From Desulfatiglandales bacterium (GTDB taxonomy: Bacteria > Desulfobacterota > DSM-4660 > Desulfatiglandales > HGW-15), in NCBI GenBank assembly GCA_963667015.2, contig CAXXJJ010000004.1, positions 192,001 through 256,000 on the forward strand: a DNA stretch of 64,000 nt, written 5' to 3'. The position numbers and the translations under genes were made by a program. The notes beneath the pieces were generated by a model that was given only the letters and a program-made list of their open reading frames with translations, was not told where the DNA came from and made no database searches. Positions 38,096-48,225 of this stretch are shown here, piece after piece (the stretch's first letter is position 1; the number at the start of each line of letters is the position of its first letter).

Positions 38096-39358
38096 TCAAA
38101 AAGGCCATATCAGCTTCATGCTCTCTCCCCTGAACCATATCCCGGTTACAGTAAATAAAATGAAAACTGTAAGAAAAAAAACAAATACAGCCTGCACCTT
38201 TTCATTTTTATTCGGGGCGAACTTTTTGACTGAAAGAATATAGAAAGCTGAAAATATCATGAATGCAATAACTGAAGGTATCAGGCCATTACTGATCACA
38301 CGGGGAATACCCGGTATCCACAGCGTAAAATCAATTAAATATTCATCAAGAATCACTGCAATGATAGTAAGCACCATGGCACCTGCAAAGGAAACGACTG
38401 ACATGGACCTTCCCTTTGATGAAACAAACCATATTCCCTCATGACCTTCCGGGTATCTGGAATATGAGGTTGTTACAAGACCTGCAACGATCATAAAAGG
38501 GATGACACAAACTGCAAAAAACGGATGTATATGGAGGAGCATCTCCTGGAAACCCATGAAATACCATGGTGCCTTTGTTGGATTAGGGCTAAGGCCAGGA
38601 TTTGCCCTGTCTCCAAGGGGGGCATCAAATATAATAGATAAGACAAGAATAACAGCAACCAGAACAAGTGCTGTTACGAATTCTTTAAGAAGGAGATCAG
38701 GGATGACTTGGACCCTTGATTCATTTTCTTTATCACAAACGGGAGCAACTATCCCGCCTGCCTTTCGTATACGCCAGAAATGAAACGGCATAATAATGAT
38801 TACAGCGGCCGGGAGTAAAACCGTGTGAGTTGCATAGAAGATGGAAAGCGTTGATGAACTTACCTCACTTCCGCCTCTTACCAGTGACTGCATCCAGTTT
38901 CCTGCCCATGGGACATACTCCATCATGCTGGTGCAGATAGTGACAGCCCAGAAGGACAGCTGATCCCAGGGAAGGAGATATCCTGTGAAATTAAAAAAAA
39001 GAACGATAATAAAAAGCCCTGTCCCGATAATCCAGTTAAGTTGTCTTGGCGGATGGAATGCCGAAGTGAAAAACACCCGCAGAAAATGAAGAAATGCAAT
39101 AAGAATGAGAATATTCGCTGACCAGTAATGGATATTGCGAATAAGCTGACCAAACACGACATTGTTATTCAGGTAGATAATGGAGTCATACGCCCTGTCA
39201 GGGAAGGGCAGGTAGTAGAACTTCATTAAAAGGCCCGTTCCGAACAGTAAAAGTATCAGAATAAGAGCCATACCTCCAAGACCAAAGGTCAGGGTGAAGT
39301 CAATAGCCCTGCGGTTAACCATTTTAGGTCTAAAGTGTAATATCAGGCTTTTATTCAT
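38096..39358 (-). CDS. Cytochrome b (b6-like plus subunit IV fused) of a Rieske/cyt b complex
   Basis: RNIHYW..LHFLRVF, TGYLLPWDQ, YATH-x14-HFW, KAPWYF (PEWY equivalent). Confidence 0.9.
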   Translation of the reverse strand: MNKSLILHFRPKMVNRRAIDFTLTFGLGGMALILILLLFGTGLLMKFYYLPFPDRAYDSIIYLNNNVVFGQLIRNIHYWSANILILIAFLHFLRVFFTSAFHPPRQLNWIIGTGLFIIVLFFNFTGYLLPWDQLSFWAVTICTSMMEYVPWAGNWMQSLVRGGSEVSSSTLSIFYATHTVLLPAAVIIIMPFHFWRIRKAGGIVAPVCDKENESRVQVIPDLLLKEFVTALVLVAVILVLSIIFDAPLGDRANPGLSPNPTKAPWYFMGFQEMLLHIHPFFAVCVIPFMIVAGLVTTSYSRYPEGHEGIWFVSSKGRSMSVVSFAGAMVLTIIAVILDEYLIDFTLWIPGIPRVISNGLIPSVIAFMIFSAFYILSVKKFAPNKNEKVQAVFVFFLTVFILFTVTGIWFRGESMKLIWPF

Positions 39359-39530
39359 GTAATCGGCGCCTTTCGGACATATGTCCTGTTTTCAGAAAGA
39401 CACCGCCCATTGATACCTTATCAGGGCAGTGACCGAATAAATCGATTTTAATTATTTGAGGCTCTGTAGAGGTCGTCATACTAATATCTATTATTGTATC
39501 AGTCAATAGCATCCGAATCATTGAGTAAAC

Positions 39531-39559
39531 TTGACAAGCTGATAAAGCTTCAATACTAT
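39531..39559 (+). promoter_or_regulatory. sigma70-type promoter of the sulfatase
   Basis: TTGACA-17 nt-TACTAT. Confidence 0.65.
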
Positions 39560-39632
39560 GTGATTCTCATTATGTGAAAATGTAATTAAAATCAATCTTT
39601 GCATTTAATTTTCATTTTAACCGGAGCCTGCA

Positions 39633-41291
39633 ATGCGAAAAATAGTAATACCTATAATCCCAGTTGTACTGGCTTTTTTCCTGATCGGCATTTGCACCGT
39701 CGGATGCGAAAAGAAATCTGATGTGCAGAACCCACCCCGAAAACCGAATATTCTTTTAATTATCGGCGATGATTTTGGTATGGATGTTACCTCAAATATG
39801 AATCCGGGTTTGATCGAAGATCTTGAAAAAAAATATGGTCCATCCGGTTATAATCATCCTGATTACAAGAAAATTAAAGGACTTCCAGCTTCAACTCCTA
39901 AGCTGGATAAGCTGGCAAAAGAGGGCATGTTTTTTACCAATGTATGGGCGCATCCTTTCTGTTCACCCACACGAGCGACCATTTTAACAGGGCTTTTTGG
40001 AAAAAATACAAAAGTTCTCACATATGCAGATGCCTTATCTCAGAAGCATACTTCATTTGTGCAAAAACTGAGGGACGAGGGCGGTTACAGTACGGCACTT
40101 TTTGGGAAATGGCATCTGGCCGGGATGCCCAGTCGCAGTAATGATGGCCCTGGTTTTCCAGGCATAAAACCCAAGGAGGCCGGTTTTAATCTCTTTAAAG
40201 GTAATCTGAATGCAGCAATAAAAAGTTACTGGGATTATGACTATCAAATTCAGGACGATACAACACCTGCGAACGAATGGAGAACTGAAACTGCTCCACA
40301 AAAATCATTGCCGGGTATTGCTGCAAGCAATTATGCACCGCTGGTCAAGGTGGCAGATACTATTGAATGGATTACAAAGAATGAAAAAGAGAATCCTGAC
40401 AAACCATGGTTTGCGTGGCTTGCATTTAACCTCTCCCACGCTACAATTATTCAGCAGCCAAATGCCATGGCCGTACCCAATGCCGATACCATGGATAAGG
40501 AAAGCGTAGAGGAGATGAAGGCCTGCGGCGGTAAATTCGGTTCAAACGATGCCGGAGATTGCAGCGATGAATCGCTGATGCGTGCCATGACTAACTCCAT
40601 GGATACTCTTATGGGTAAACTGATTGATGCAGTAAACGAACTGGATCCAAACACATATATAATCTACATAAGTGATAACGGGACACCTATGTATAACATG
40701 CGCGGCGGTCTTAATTATATTGACAACATGTACATCACAAAAAAAGGACGCGGAAAAGGTACTGCTTACCAAAGCGGTGCACTGGTACCTATGGTCATCA
40801 AAGGACCGGGAATAAAAGCAAATTCAAAGAATGATGGAATTGCACATGCTGCTGACCTGTTTTCTACGGCTCTTGCACTGGCAGGTCTGGAAATACCGGA
40901 AGAAGTCAATAACAGCGAGGGCACAGGCAAGATATCGCTTGATTCTGTCTCTCTTACACCAATACTTTTTGATGGTAAAGACAGTGTACGCGATCCTGAT
41001 AAAGGTTACGTACTGACCGAATCCGTTAACCTGATGACTAACGGCACACAGCATGCAGGTGCCCGCAATGCAAAATACAAGGTAGTATGTGCGGGCGGTA
41101 TCGAAGGCAGTAACTGCTTGTTCTATAATATTAAAGAAGATCCGCTTGAGGAATATCCGCTTGATATACCTGCCGGTTGTGAAAAGTATGCAGATAACAG
41201 CTGGACACCGGAAAACCCGGAGTGGCATTACTGCAGGCTCATGGAGGTTATAAGAGAAGATTCCTATTTAAATGGATATTCAGCAAAATAA
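39633..41291 (+). CDS. Cys-type formylglycine-dependent sulfatase, lipoprotein
   Basis: Lipobox TVGC; PNILLIIGDD, CSPTRATILTG, GKWHL, SDNG. Confidence 0.9.
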   Translation: MRKIVIPIIPVVLAFFLIGICTVGCEKKSDVQNPPRKPNILLIIGDDFGMDVTSNMNPGLIEDLEKKYGPSGYNHPDYKKIKGLPASTPKLDKLAKEGMFFTNVWAHPFCSPTRATILTGLFGKNTKVLTYADALSQKHTSFVQKLRDEGGYSTALFGKWHLAGMPSRSNDGPGFPGIKPKEAGFNLFKGNLNAAIKSYWDYDYQIQDDTTPANEWRTETAPQKSLPGIAASNYAPLVKVADTIEWITKNEKENPDKPWFAWLAFNLSHATIIQQPNAMAVPNADTMDKESVEEMKACGGKFGSNDAGDCSDESLMRAMTNSMDTLMGKLIDAVNELDPNTYIIYISDNGTPMYNMRGGLNYIDNMYITKKGRGKGTAYQSGALVPMVIKGPGIKANSKNDGIAHAADLFSTALALAGLEIPEEVNNSEGTGKISLDSVSLTPILFDGKDSVRDPDKGYVLTESVNLMTNGTQHAGARNAKYKVVCAGGIEGSNCLFYNIKEDPLEEYPLDIPAGCEKYADNSWTPENPEWHYCRLMEVIREDSYLNGYSAK

Positions 41292-41298
41292 ATTTACT

Positions 41299-42483
41299 CT
41301 ATTCCACATAAACTGCGAGCCCTTTCAGGTATTCACCTTCAGGATGGAATATATTAACCGGATGGTCAGCGGGCTGGTTCAGCCAGTTCATGATCCGGAT
41401 ATTTCTTCCCGCCTCGATTGCTGCAGCAATGATAGTGTCCTGAAACAGACGTTTATCCACAACCTGGGAGCAGGAGAAGGTGAACAGTATTCCACCCGGC
41501 TTAATCTTTTTTATAGCAGCAGCATTCAATCGTTTGTATCCCATAACTGCCTGATGCCGGGCATTCATTTTTTTCGCAAAGGCAGGAGGATCAAGCACTA
41601 TAAGGTCATAATTATCGCAGGCCTTCAGGAAATTAAATACATCCTCTGTAAACATTTTATGCCCGGTCAGACCGTTAAGTTTCATATTTTCCTCGGCTGC
41701 TGCCATTGCTGTCTTTGAAGAGTCAACACTGTGCACCTCAAGGGCACCGCCAAGCCCTGCGTAAACGGAAAATCCGCCCGTATAGCAGAATGTATTCAAA
41801 ACCAGTTTATCTGCTGAATATTCACCCACAAGTCTGCGGTTTTCTCTCTGATCAATAAAAAAACCGGTTTTTTGTCCTGCTGCCCAGTTGACTATAAATC
41901 GCCGTCCATTTTCAATAACCTCTATGTAATCTTCTGCTGATCCGAAGATGAATTCGTTTTCAATAGCGCCGGCCCTGCCGTAAAGCGTTTCCTTACTTTT
42001 ATCATACACTGCCATGAGGCGTTCCCCTAAAACGGTTTTCAGGGCCTTTGAAATGTCATGGCGGTTCAGGAACATGCCGGTGGAATGTGCCTGCAGGACA
42101 GCTACACCGTTATAATAGTCGACGATCAAACCCGACAGACCGTCACCCTCGGAATGAATCAGCCTGTACACACTGGTATCCGGCAGATCTGTGATACCGA
42201 TACGTTTTCGATACTCCCAGGCCTTTAGGATTTTATTCTGCCATAGACTGTCATCGTCAACCGGTGCAAATGACAGGATTCGTACCGCAATACTGGCGCC
42301 GGATTGATAATGCCCCATGCCCAGATATTCACCCTTGTGGGAATAGATATCTACCATTGTTCCATCATCTAATCCGTTGACAGTGTTTTCTTTTATTGCA
42401 CCGGAAAAAATCCATTGATGTCGTCTCTTCGGTGATGTCTCCTTGCCCCGTTTAAGCGTAATTGCCGGTCGCTCATTTTTCAT
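41299..42483 (-). CDS. rlmI: RlmI-family rRNA m5C methyltransferase
   Basis: PUA-like N-terminus HQWIFSG, GQKTGFFIDQR, FCYTGGF, LDPPAFAK, FSCS. Confidence 0.88.
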   Translation of the reverse strand: MKNERPAITLKRGKETSPKRRHQWIFSGAIKENTVNGLDDGTMVDIYSHKGEYLGMGHYQSGASIAVRILSFAPVDDDSLWQNKILKAWEYRKRIGITDLPDTSVYRLIHSEGDGLSGLIVDYYNGVAVLQAHSTGMFLNRHDISKALKTVLGERLMAVYDKSKETLYGRAGAIENEFIFGSAEDYIEVIENGRRFIVNWAAGQKTGFFIDQRENRRLVGEYSADKLVLNTFCYTGGFSVYAGLGGALEVHSVDSSKTAMAAAEENMKLNGLTGHKMFTEDVFNFLKACDNYDLIVLDPPAFAKKMNARHQAVMGYKRLNAAAIKKIKPGGILFTFSCSQVVDKRLFQDTIIAAAIEAGRNIRIMNWLNQPADHPVNIFHPEGEYLKGLAVYVE

Positions 42484-42511
42484 TTATAAAACCTTATTTT
42501 TGGGTGAAAAG

Positions 42512-43150
42512 TTAGATGTTATAGAACTTTTGTGAATCCAGCCCGACTAATTCAACTTCACTTATTTTATATTTTTCAAGATATCGGGAAATTAAGTTAA
42601 AACCTATCCAGTAACCTGCATATTTGGGAAAATCATCAGGATCAGAGCCAAGAAAGTATTTATTAACAGACTGATTTTTTTTATTAAGTAACGGCTTTAT
42701 TTGTTCGAGCAGGGCCAGCCAGTCACAATCTTTAAGGTTATCAAACAGTGAAGGCATCCTGCCGCCGGTTACTACCACCTCAAAATGGCAGGCCATACCT
42801 TCAGTAATGATCTGCTGTCCCAGGGTTTCAGAAGAGATCCCACGGCTGATCCTGATGCTGTGATGTATTTCATGGGCCAGCACTGCCAGAAGATCACTTT
42901 CAATTATCCGGTCCAGATCTTCTCGATCACAATCAAGCAACAACTCCACTCTATAGGGGCTCAAAGAATATCCTCCGATACCGGAAGGAGACTCATCACC
43001 TTTGTGATATGGCGTTACTGTTATATCGATACAATCAATGGCAAAGTAATCTCTGATTCTTCCCAGACTATACTGTATTTTATTTTCTATTAAGGGAGTG
43101 TATCTGCTCAATTTACCGGTAGCATTCAATATGCTTATAATAATAGCCAC
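42512..43150 (-). CDS. DUF2268-like predicted Zn-dependent protease
   Basis: AHEIHH..R, ITEGMA, YAGYWIGF. Confidence 0.8.
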   Translation of the reverse strand: MAIIISILNATGKLSRYTPLIENKIQYSLGRIRDYFAIDCIDITVTPYHKGDESPSGIGGYSLSPYRVELLLDCDREDLDRIIESDLLAVLAHEIHHSIRISRGISSETLGQQIITEGMACHFEVVVTGGRMPSLFDNLKDCDWLALLEQIKPLLNKKNQSVNKYFLGSDPDDFPKYAGYWIGFNLISRYLEKYKISEVELVGLDSQKFYNI

Positions 43151-43445
43151 TGTTCACTCCTTTTCTGAATCATGCCATTCCTCTTATATATACCCCTATG
43201 CCTGAGGCAGGATAGCCGATTAATGTTCCCTGATTTTATAGGGTAATTAAGCCTGTTTTTATATATGTGCTTATTTCCGATAGAACGAAAAAGCAAGAAA
43301 AATATCATCAGGTTTTTGATGTGTATTCGCAGTGTTAATTCAATTTGCAGTAAAAATTGCTTGTACCTGTAAGATATTAGGTTTACCATCTAATATCGTT
43401 TCTTTGTTTAAATCTTTAATCTCTGTTCATAATCCGGAGGAACAA

Positions 43446-44850
43446 ATGTTTGTCGAAAAAAAAGATCAGGACAAGATATCATTGACAAAAAAAATAATAG
43501 ATGTTGCTGATGTTGATACAGTTTTCCGTGATATCTACATAGAGCACGCAAAAGATCTTTTGTCCGATACCCTGACTCCTGATAAATATCAGGATATCAT
43601 TAAAGAGAAGAACATGCTTGCACGCCTTCCCAACAGCATAAATGAGGCAATGGAAAAAAATGACTGGGCGGCCGTAAAAGAATTAAGCATACGGATGAAA
43701 GACCTCCACAGGTGGACTGAAAGTAATCAATATCTTTTTGACATAGGCAGAAAGGTATACAGCTCCAATTTCATTTATATCAATCCCTTTTCCCCGGGGC
43801 TGTATCATGAGGCGGGCGTGAGTATTAATGACCTGCCTGAAATACGAAAAGATATTATTAAAAAACTTGAAGATATTATCCTTACCGATAAATCCATGAA
43901 CGATTTCTATCTTTCCCGAAAGAATTATTTCAACTCAATTCAGGTCGGAAAAACAGGTGAAGATGAAATAGGAAATGATGAAATGGACCTGGAAGAGCAG
44001 GCAAAGCTGGCCCTCGAACATGGAGACATAAGCAGGCTTGAGGAATTGTCCGAAAAGATACTTGAAATGAATAAACAGGGTGGAATATCAGCGAAAGACC
44101 CGTCTTCAGATTCAGGTGGTGCTAAAGATGCTGAAGGGAGACTCTTTGAATTTCCGGAAAATATTCTCGAAAAGGCAAAAAAAACTCGGTCTCAAGTCGT
44201 TCCGGGTCGATGCCTCTCCAAAATATGCATCTTTGTGCATGCATGCCGTAAGGCGGGAGTTTAAGGTCGATAAATCTTCGGCCTGGAAAAGAATCATGGC
44301 AGACCCTCTCTTTAAAGACGGAATATCAGATGCCCTGAAAACACGAACCGAGGTTTTTTCAAAACACCTGGTAATCAATAGCATGGGATCAAGGCATCTT
44401 CCCGATTATGTTGCAGAGGACCTGCTTGTTGAGGATTTTCCCGAACAACATTCAGGAGATACCGGAGAAACACCCCTGCTTAAACACCTGGGATTTAAGA
44501 CGAGGAGGGGACTTTCAAGGCTTTCCATTGAACATTCACTGTTTATTAACGGTTACCGGATAGTGAAAGATGAACTTGGGCTGGACCCCGCTCTATTCAA
44601 ACTGATCTGTATACCTTCCGACATTTACCTCAGACTGGGGGAGAAAATGGAGTGGGGCAGACACGAGATCTGGACCCATTTTGACGGCTACGGCATAATG
44701 CAGCACAGCATGTTCAATGCAATGGCCGGAGGGGATGTACGCTTTGGAGGCCTTTTTGATCTTGTAACAATAGGCCGTGAATACGAGTCAGACCACGTGA
44801 CAGTAAGGTTTGCAGTGGTCCAGAGAAAACGGATGCTCAAGATGATCTAA
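43446..44850 (+). pseudogene. Hypothetical protein split by a +1 frameshift (about 467 aa when joined)
   Basis: ATG 43446 after GGAGG; removing one A from A8 at 44177-44184 joins ENILEKAKK to LGLKSFRVD. Confidence 0.7.
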
Positions 44851-44883
44851 CCCGGAATATTCATGCACTGCTTTAAAATGAAA

Positions 44884-44916
44884 GGGCACGATGCGTAGTG
44901 CCCCTACTGCCCCTAC
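44884..44916 (-). repeat. GTAG-type REP hairpin with partial tandem duplication
   Basis: Minus strand GTAGGGGCACTACGCATCGTGCCC; extra TGCCCCTAC copy on the + strand. Confidence 0.55.
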
Positions 44917-44977
44917 TATGCATGATATGTGTAATTCTTTCACCCTGTGCCCTGAGCCATGCGCCTTGGGCCTTTTT

Positions 44978-46189
44978 TTATTCATGCCTCAGGGCATCAA
45001 TAGGATCAAGCTGTGCAGCCTTTTTTGCGGGCACAAACCCAAAAACAACCCCGACTGCAGCAGAAAATAAAAATGCAATCATCACTATCGCCGGACTTAT
45101 TATAAACGGGATACTGAACAGTTTAGACAGGAGGGCTGCTGAAGATAGTCCCAGGGTTATACCAATTATCCCGCCGAATGATGACAGAACCACGGCCTCC
45201 AGCAGAAACTGCCTTAATACCTCGGTTTCCAGTGCGCCTATGGCGAGCCTGATACCTATCTCCCGTGTTCTCTCTGTTACGGAAACAAGCATTATGTTCA
45301 TAATTCCTATGCCTCCTACCAGGAGACTGACTGCAGCTATGGCACCGAGGAGGGCTGTAAGCGCCATTGTCGTACTGGTAAGCATGGAGGCAATTTCCTT
45401 CATGTCCATAACTGAAAAATCATCTTCGTCCTTTGTTTTGGATCCTGGCCTTCTTTCTCTCATCAGGTTTTCAATATTTTCTTTAACCTTCTCAGTGTCA
45501 ACGCCATCCTTTGCAGACACCAGTATGGAAGAGATATCCCGGTTGCCGGACAGCCTCCTTTGAAGAGTTTTTATAGGGATAAGCACAAAATCATCCTGGT
45601 CTCTTCCAAAACTGGACTGCCCCTTGGATTTAAAGACCCCAACTATTTTAAAAGCTATCTTTTTCAGCCTTATAGTCATACCGACCGGGTCTTCCGCCCC
45701 AAAGAGGTTCTCCTTTACGCTGGAGCCAATAATGCAGACAGATTTCCCGCCGCTTATCTCTCCATAACTGAACTCCCGTCCGGTATCCATAACCCAGTTT
45801 TGTGCCTTGATATAATCATTTGTGCTGCCGGTAATGGAGGTTATATAGTTCTGGTTCCCGTATATTATCTGCGCCATGGTGCTGTTGACAGGTGCCACGG
45901 CTGCAAGTGACAGGATCTGTTTCCTGATTGCCTCAACATCAGACTCTTCAAAAGGAGCGGATTCACTCCTTGCACCGCCCGGACCTCTACCCTGTCCGGG
46001 CCTGATCTGCAGAAGATTGCTTCCCAGTTTTGAAATATCCTGAGTAACCTTGGCGGTAGCCCCGTTTCCAAGGGTTACCATGGTTATAACAGCCGCTACA
46101 CCTATAACAACACCCAGTATTGTAAGGGCTGATCGCATCAGGTTTCGTCTGATTTCCTTTAAGGCCAGGATAATACTCTGAAGCCACAT
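44978..46189 (-). CDS. MacB/FtsX-family ABC permease
   Basis: RSALTILGVVIG, GGIGIMNIMLVSVTERTREIG, LDPIDALRHE. Confidence 0.93.
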   Translation of the reverse strand: MWLQSIILALKEIRRNLMRSALTILGVVIGVAAVITMVTLGNGATAKVTQDISKLGSNLLQIRPGQGRGPGGARSESAPFEESDVEAIRKQILSLAAVAPVNSTMAQIIYGNQNYITSITGSTNDYIKAQNWVMDTGREFSYGEISGGKSVCIIGSSVKENLFGAEDPVGMTIRLKKIAFKIVGVFKSKGQSSFGRDQDDFVLIPIKTLQRRLSGNRDISSILVSAKDGVDTEKVKENIENLMRERRPGSKTKDEDDFSVMDMKEIASMLTSTTMALTALLGAIAAVSLLVGGIGIMNIMLVSVTERTREIGIRLAIGALETEVLRQFLLEAVVLSSFGGIIGITLGLSSAALLSKLFSIPFIISPAIVMIAFLFSAAVGVVFGFVPAKKAAQLDPIDALRHE

Positions 46190-46911
46190 TATTTACTACC
46201 CCCGTTATGTCCGTCATTCTCAATCAGGCCGTCGCGAAATCTTATTGTTCTTTTTGCAAATTCAGCCATCTCTTTTTCATGAGTGACCATTGCAATTGTT
46301 ATGTTTCTTTCGTTATTAAGGACTGTAAGAAGATTCATTATCTCTATGCTTCTTTCAGTATCCAGGTTACCTGTTGGTTCATCTGCGAGAAGAACCTCAG
46401 GATCTGTTACAAGCGCCCGGGCAATAGCAACACGCTGCTGCTGCCCACCTGATAATTCGGATGGAGTGTGTTTTTCCCATCCACCCAGGCCAACAGCTTC
46501 AAGGGATTTTCTTGCCATTGCTCTCCTTTGTCTTAAGGGTGTTCCCCGGTAAAAAAGCGGCAATTCGACATTTTCAAGGGCGGATGTCCTGTTGAGAAGA
46601 TTAAATCCCTGGAAAACAAAACCGATATAATAACGCCTTAAAAGGGCCTGCTGTCTTCTTGAAAGAGATTTTACACTCACTCCTTCAAACAGATATTCAC
46701 CGCCTGTCGGTGTATCGAGACAACCGAGTATATTCATGCAGGTTGACTTGCCGGATCCACTCGGACCCATGACTGCTACAAATTCACCATGTCTGATGCT
46801 GAAATCCACTCCTTTAAGGGCGGTCACTGCTGCCTGACCTGATCCGTATTTTTTTATAACCCCTTTAAACTCAATAACACAGTTGTTTCCTTTTTTTTCA
46901 AGTTCTTCCAT
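46189..46911 (-). CDS. MacB/LolD-type ABC ATP-binding protein
   Basis: [27 protein letters not shown]. Confidence 0.95.
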   Translation of the reverse strand: MEELEKKGNNCVIEFKGVIKKYGSGQAAVTALKGVDFSIRHGEFVAVMGPSGSGKSTCMNILGCLDTPTGGEYLFEGVSVKSLSRRQQALLRRYYIGFVFQGFNLLNRTSALENVELPLFYRGTPLRQRRAMARKSLEAVGLGGWEKHTPSELSGGQQQRVAIARALVTDPEVLLADEPTGNLDTERSIEIMNLLTVLNNERNITIAMVTHEKEMAEFAKRTIRFRDGLIENDGHNGGSK

Positions 46912-46912
46912 T

Positions 46913-48197
46913 TTAATTTCCTGCAGTGCCGGTAATAATATTCATATCAGGTCGCAAATCACCTTCTATTACCTGTGTCATATTACCATCTGTGTGGCCT
47001 GTCGTGATGGAAACCGGTACCGGTTGATTGTCTTTAAGAATCCACACTGTTTTTTGATTGCCTGTATCCTTTTTTTCAGGCTTTTGTTCGCGATCCCTGA
47101 ACCTTCCGGGAGGACCGGGCATGATCCTGCTGAACAGTCCCCCTCTGTTATTAGAGGAGGAAGAGGTACCATTTATCATCGGAGGCTCATACCTGAGGGC
47201 AGCATTTGGGACAAGAATGGAATCTCTGATATTCTTTACAATTATTTCAGCCGTTGCTGTCATACCGGGCCTGAGAAGAAGGTCTTTATTATCTACCGAA
47301 AGAAGGGTTTCATAGGTGACAACACCCTCGGTGGTTTCAGATCCATATTTTACCTTTAATATTTTAGCCTTAAAAATGTTATCCGGGTATGCATCTACTG
47401 TAAATGTGGCATTCTGGTCACTTTGTACCAGCCCCACATCAGCCTCATCCACATCAACACTCAACTCCATTTTTGTGAGATCTTCCGCAAGTGTGAAAAG
47501 CACCGGTGCCTGGAATGAGGCAGCTACGGTCTGTCCCCGGTTCCACATCACGGCTTAATACGATTCCGTTCACAGGAGACCGGATAACCATCTTACTGAG
47601 ATCTGTTTCATTGGCCTCAAGTGTCGCCTTTGCCTGTAATACCTGGGCATTTGCTGATGCCTCGGATGCAATTGCTCTCTGGAGGGTTGCCTCTGCTGAA
47701 TCCATTTCCTGCTCTGAAGGGACTTTTTTATCGCTTAATTCCCAGACCTTTTTTAGCCTGTCAAGATCATTCCTGGCTTCCTTGAGAGTTGCCTGCGCCT
47801 GTAAAACCTGGGCGTTTGCCGATGCAAGAGAGGCCCTTGACTGTTCAACCTGGGCCTCAAGCTTTGATGGATCGATAGTGGCAAGAATCTGTCCCTTTAC
47901 AACATTATCATTAAAATCAACATTCACGGTCTTTACTATCCCGGATAATTCACTTCCCACATCAACCTGGTTTCGCGGTTCAAGGCTGCCCGTGGCGCTT
48001 ACTGTAATGGTAAGGTTTCCCTTTGATACTTTCTCGGTCTCAAATGAGGCTGTAGTCTCTTTATCCTTTCCTTTAAATAATGATAAACCGATAAAAAGGG
48101 CAATTATTACAATCACTATAATGCCAAGCTTTTTAAAAATTCCCTTTTTACCTTTATTTTTATCCAGTTCAAGATTTTGAATTATATCGTTATTCAT
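46913..48197 (-). pseudogene. MacA-like periplasmic adaptor with a single +1 frameshift
   Basis: Start MNNDII (48197); the two ORFs join as RDVEPG|QTVAASFQAP if one base is removed from the C run at 47535-47538. Confidence 0.85.
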
Positions 48198-48225
48198 TTC
48201 AGTTTTCTCCGTTTGCTGATCTGTT

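Noticed and set aside
39351..39479. 42-codon ORF (MTTSTEPQ...) overlapping the cyt b start on the minus strand
   Set aside because: No SD and no recognisable motif; cannot be distinguished from chance.
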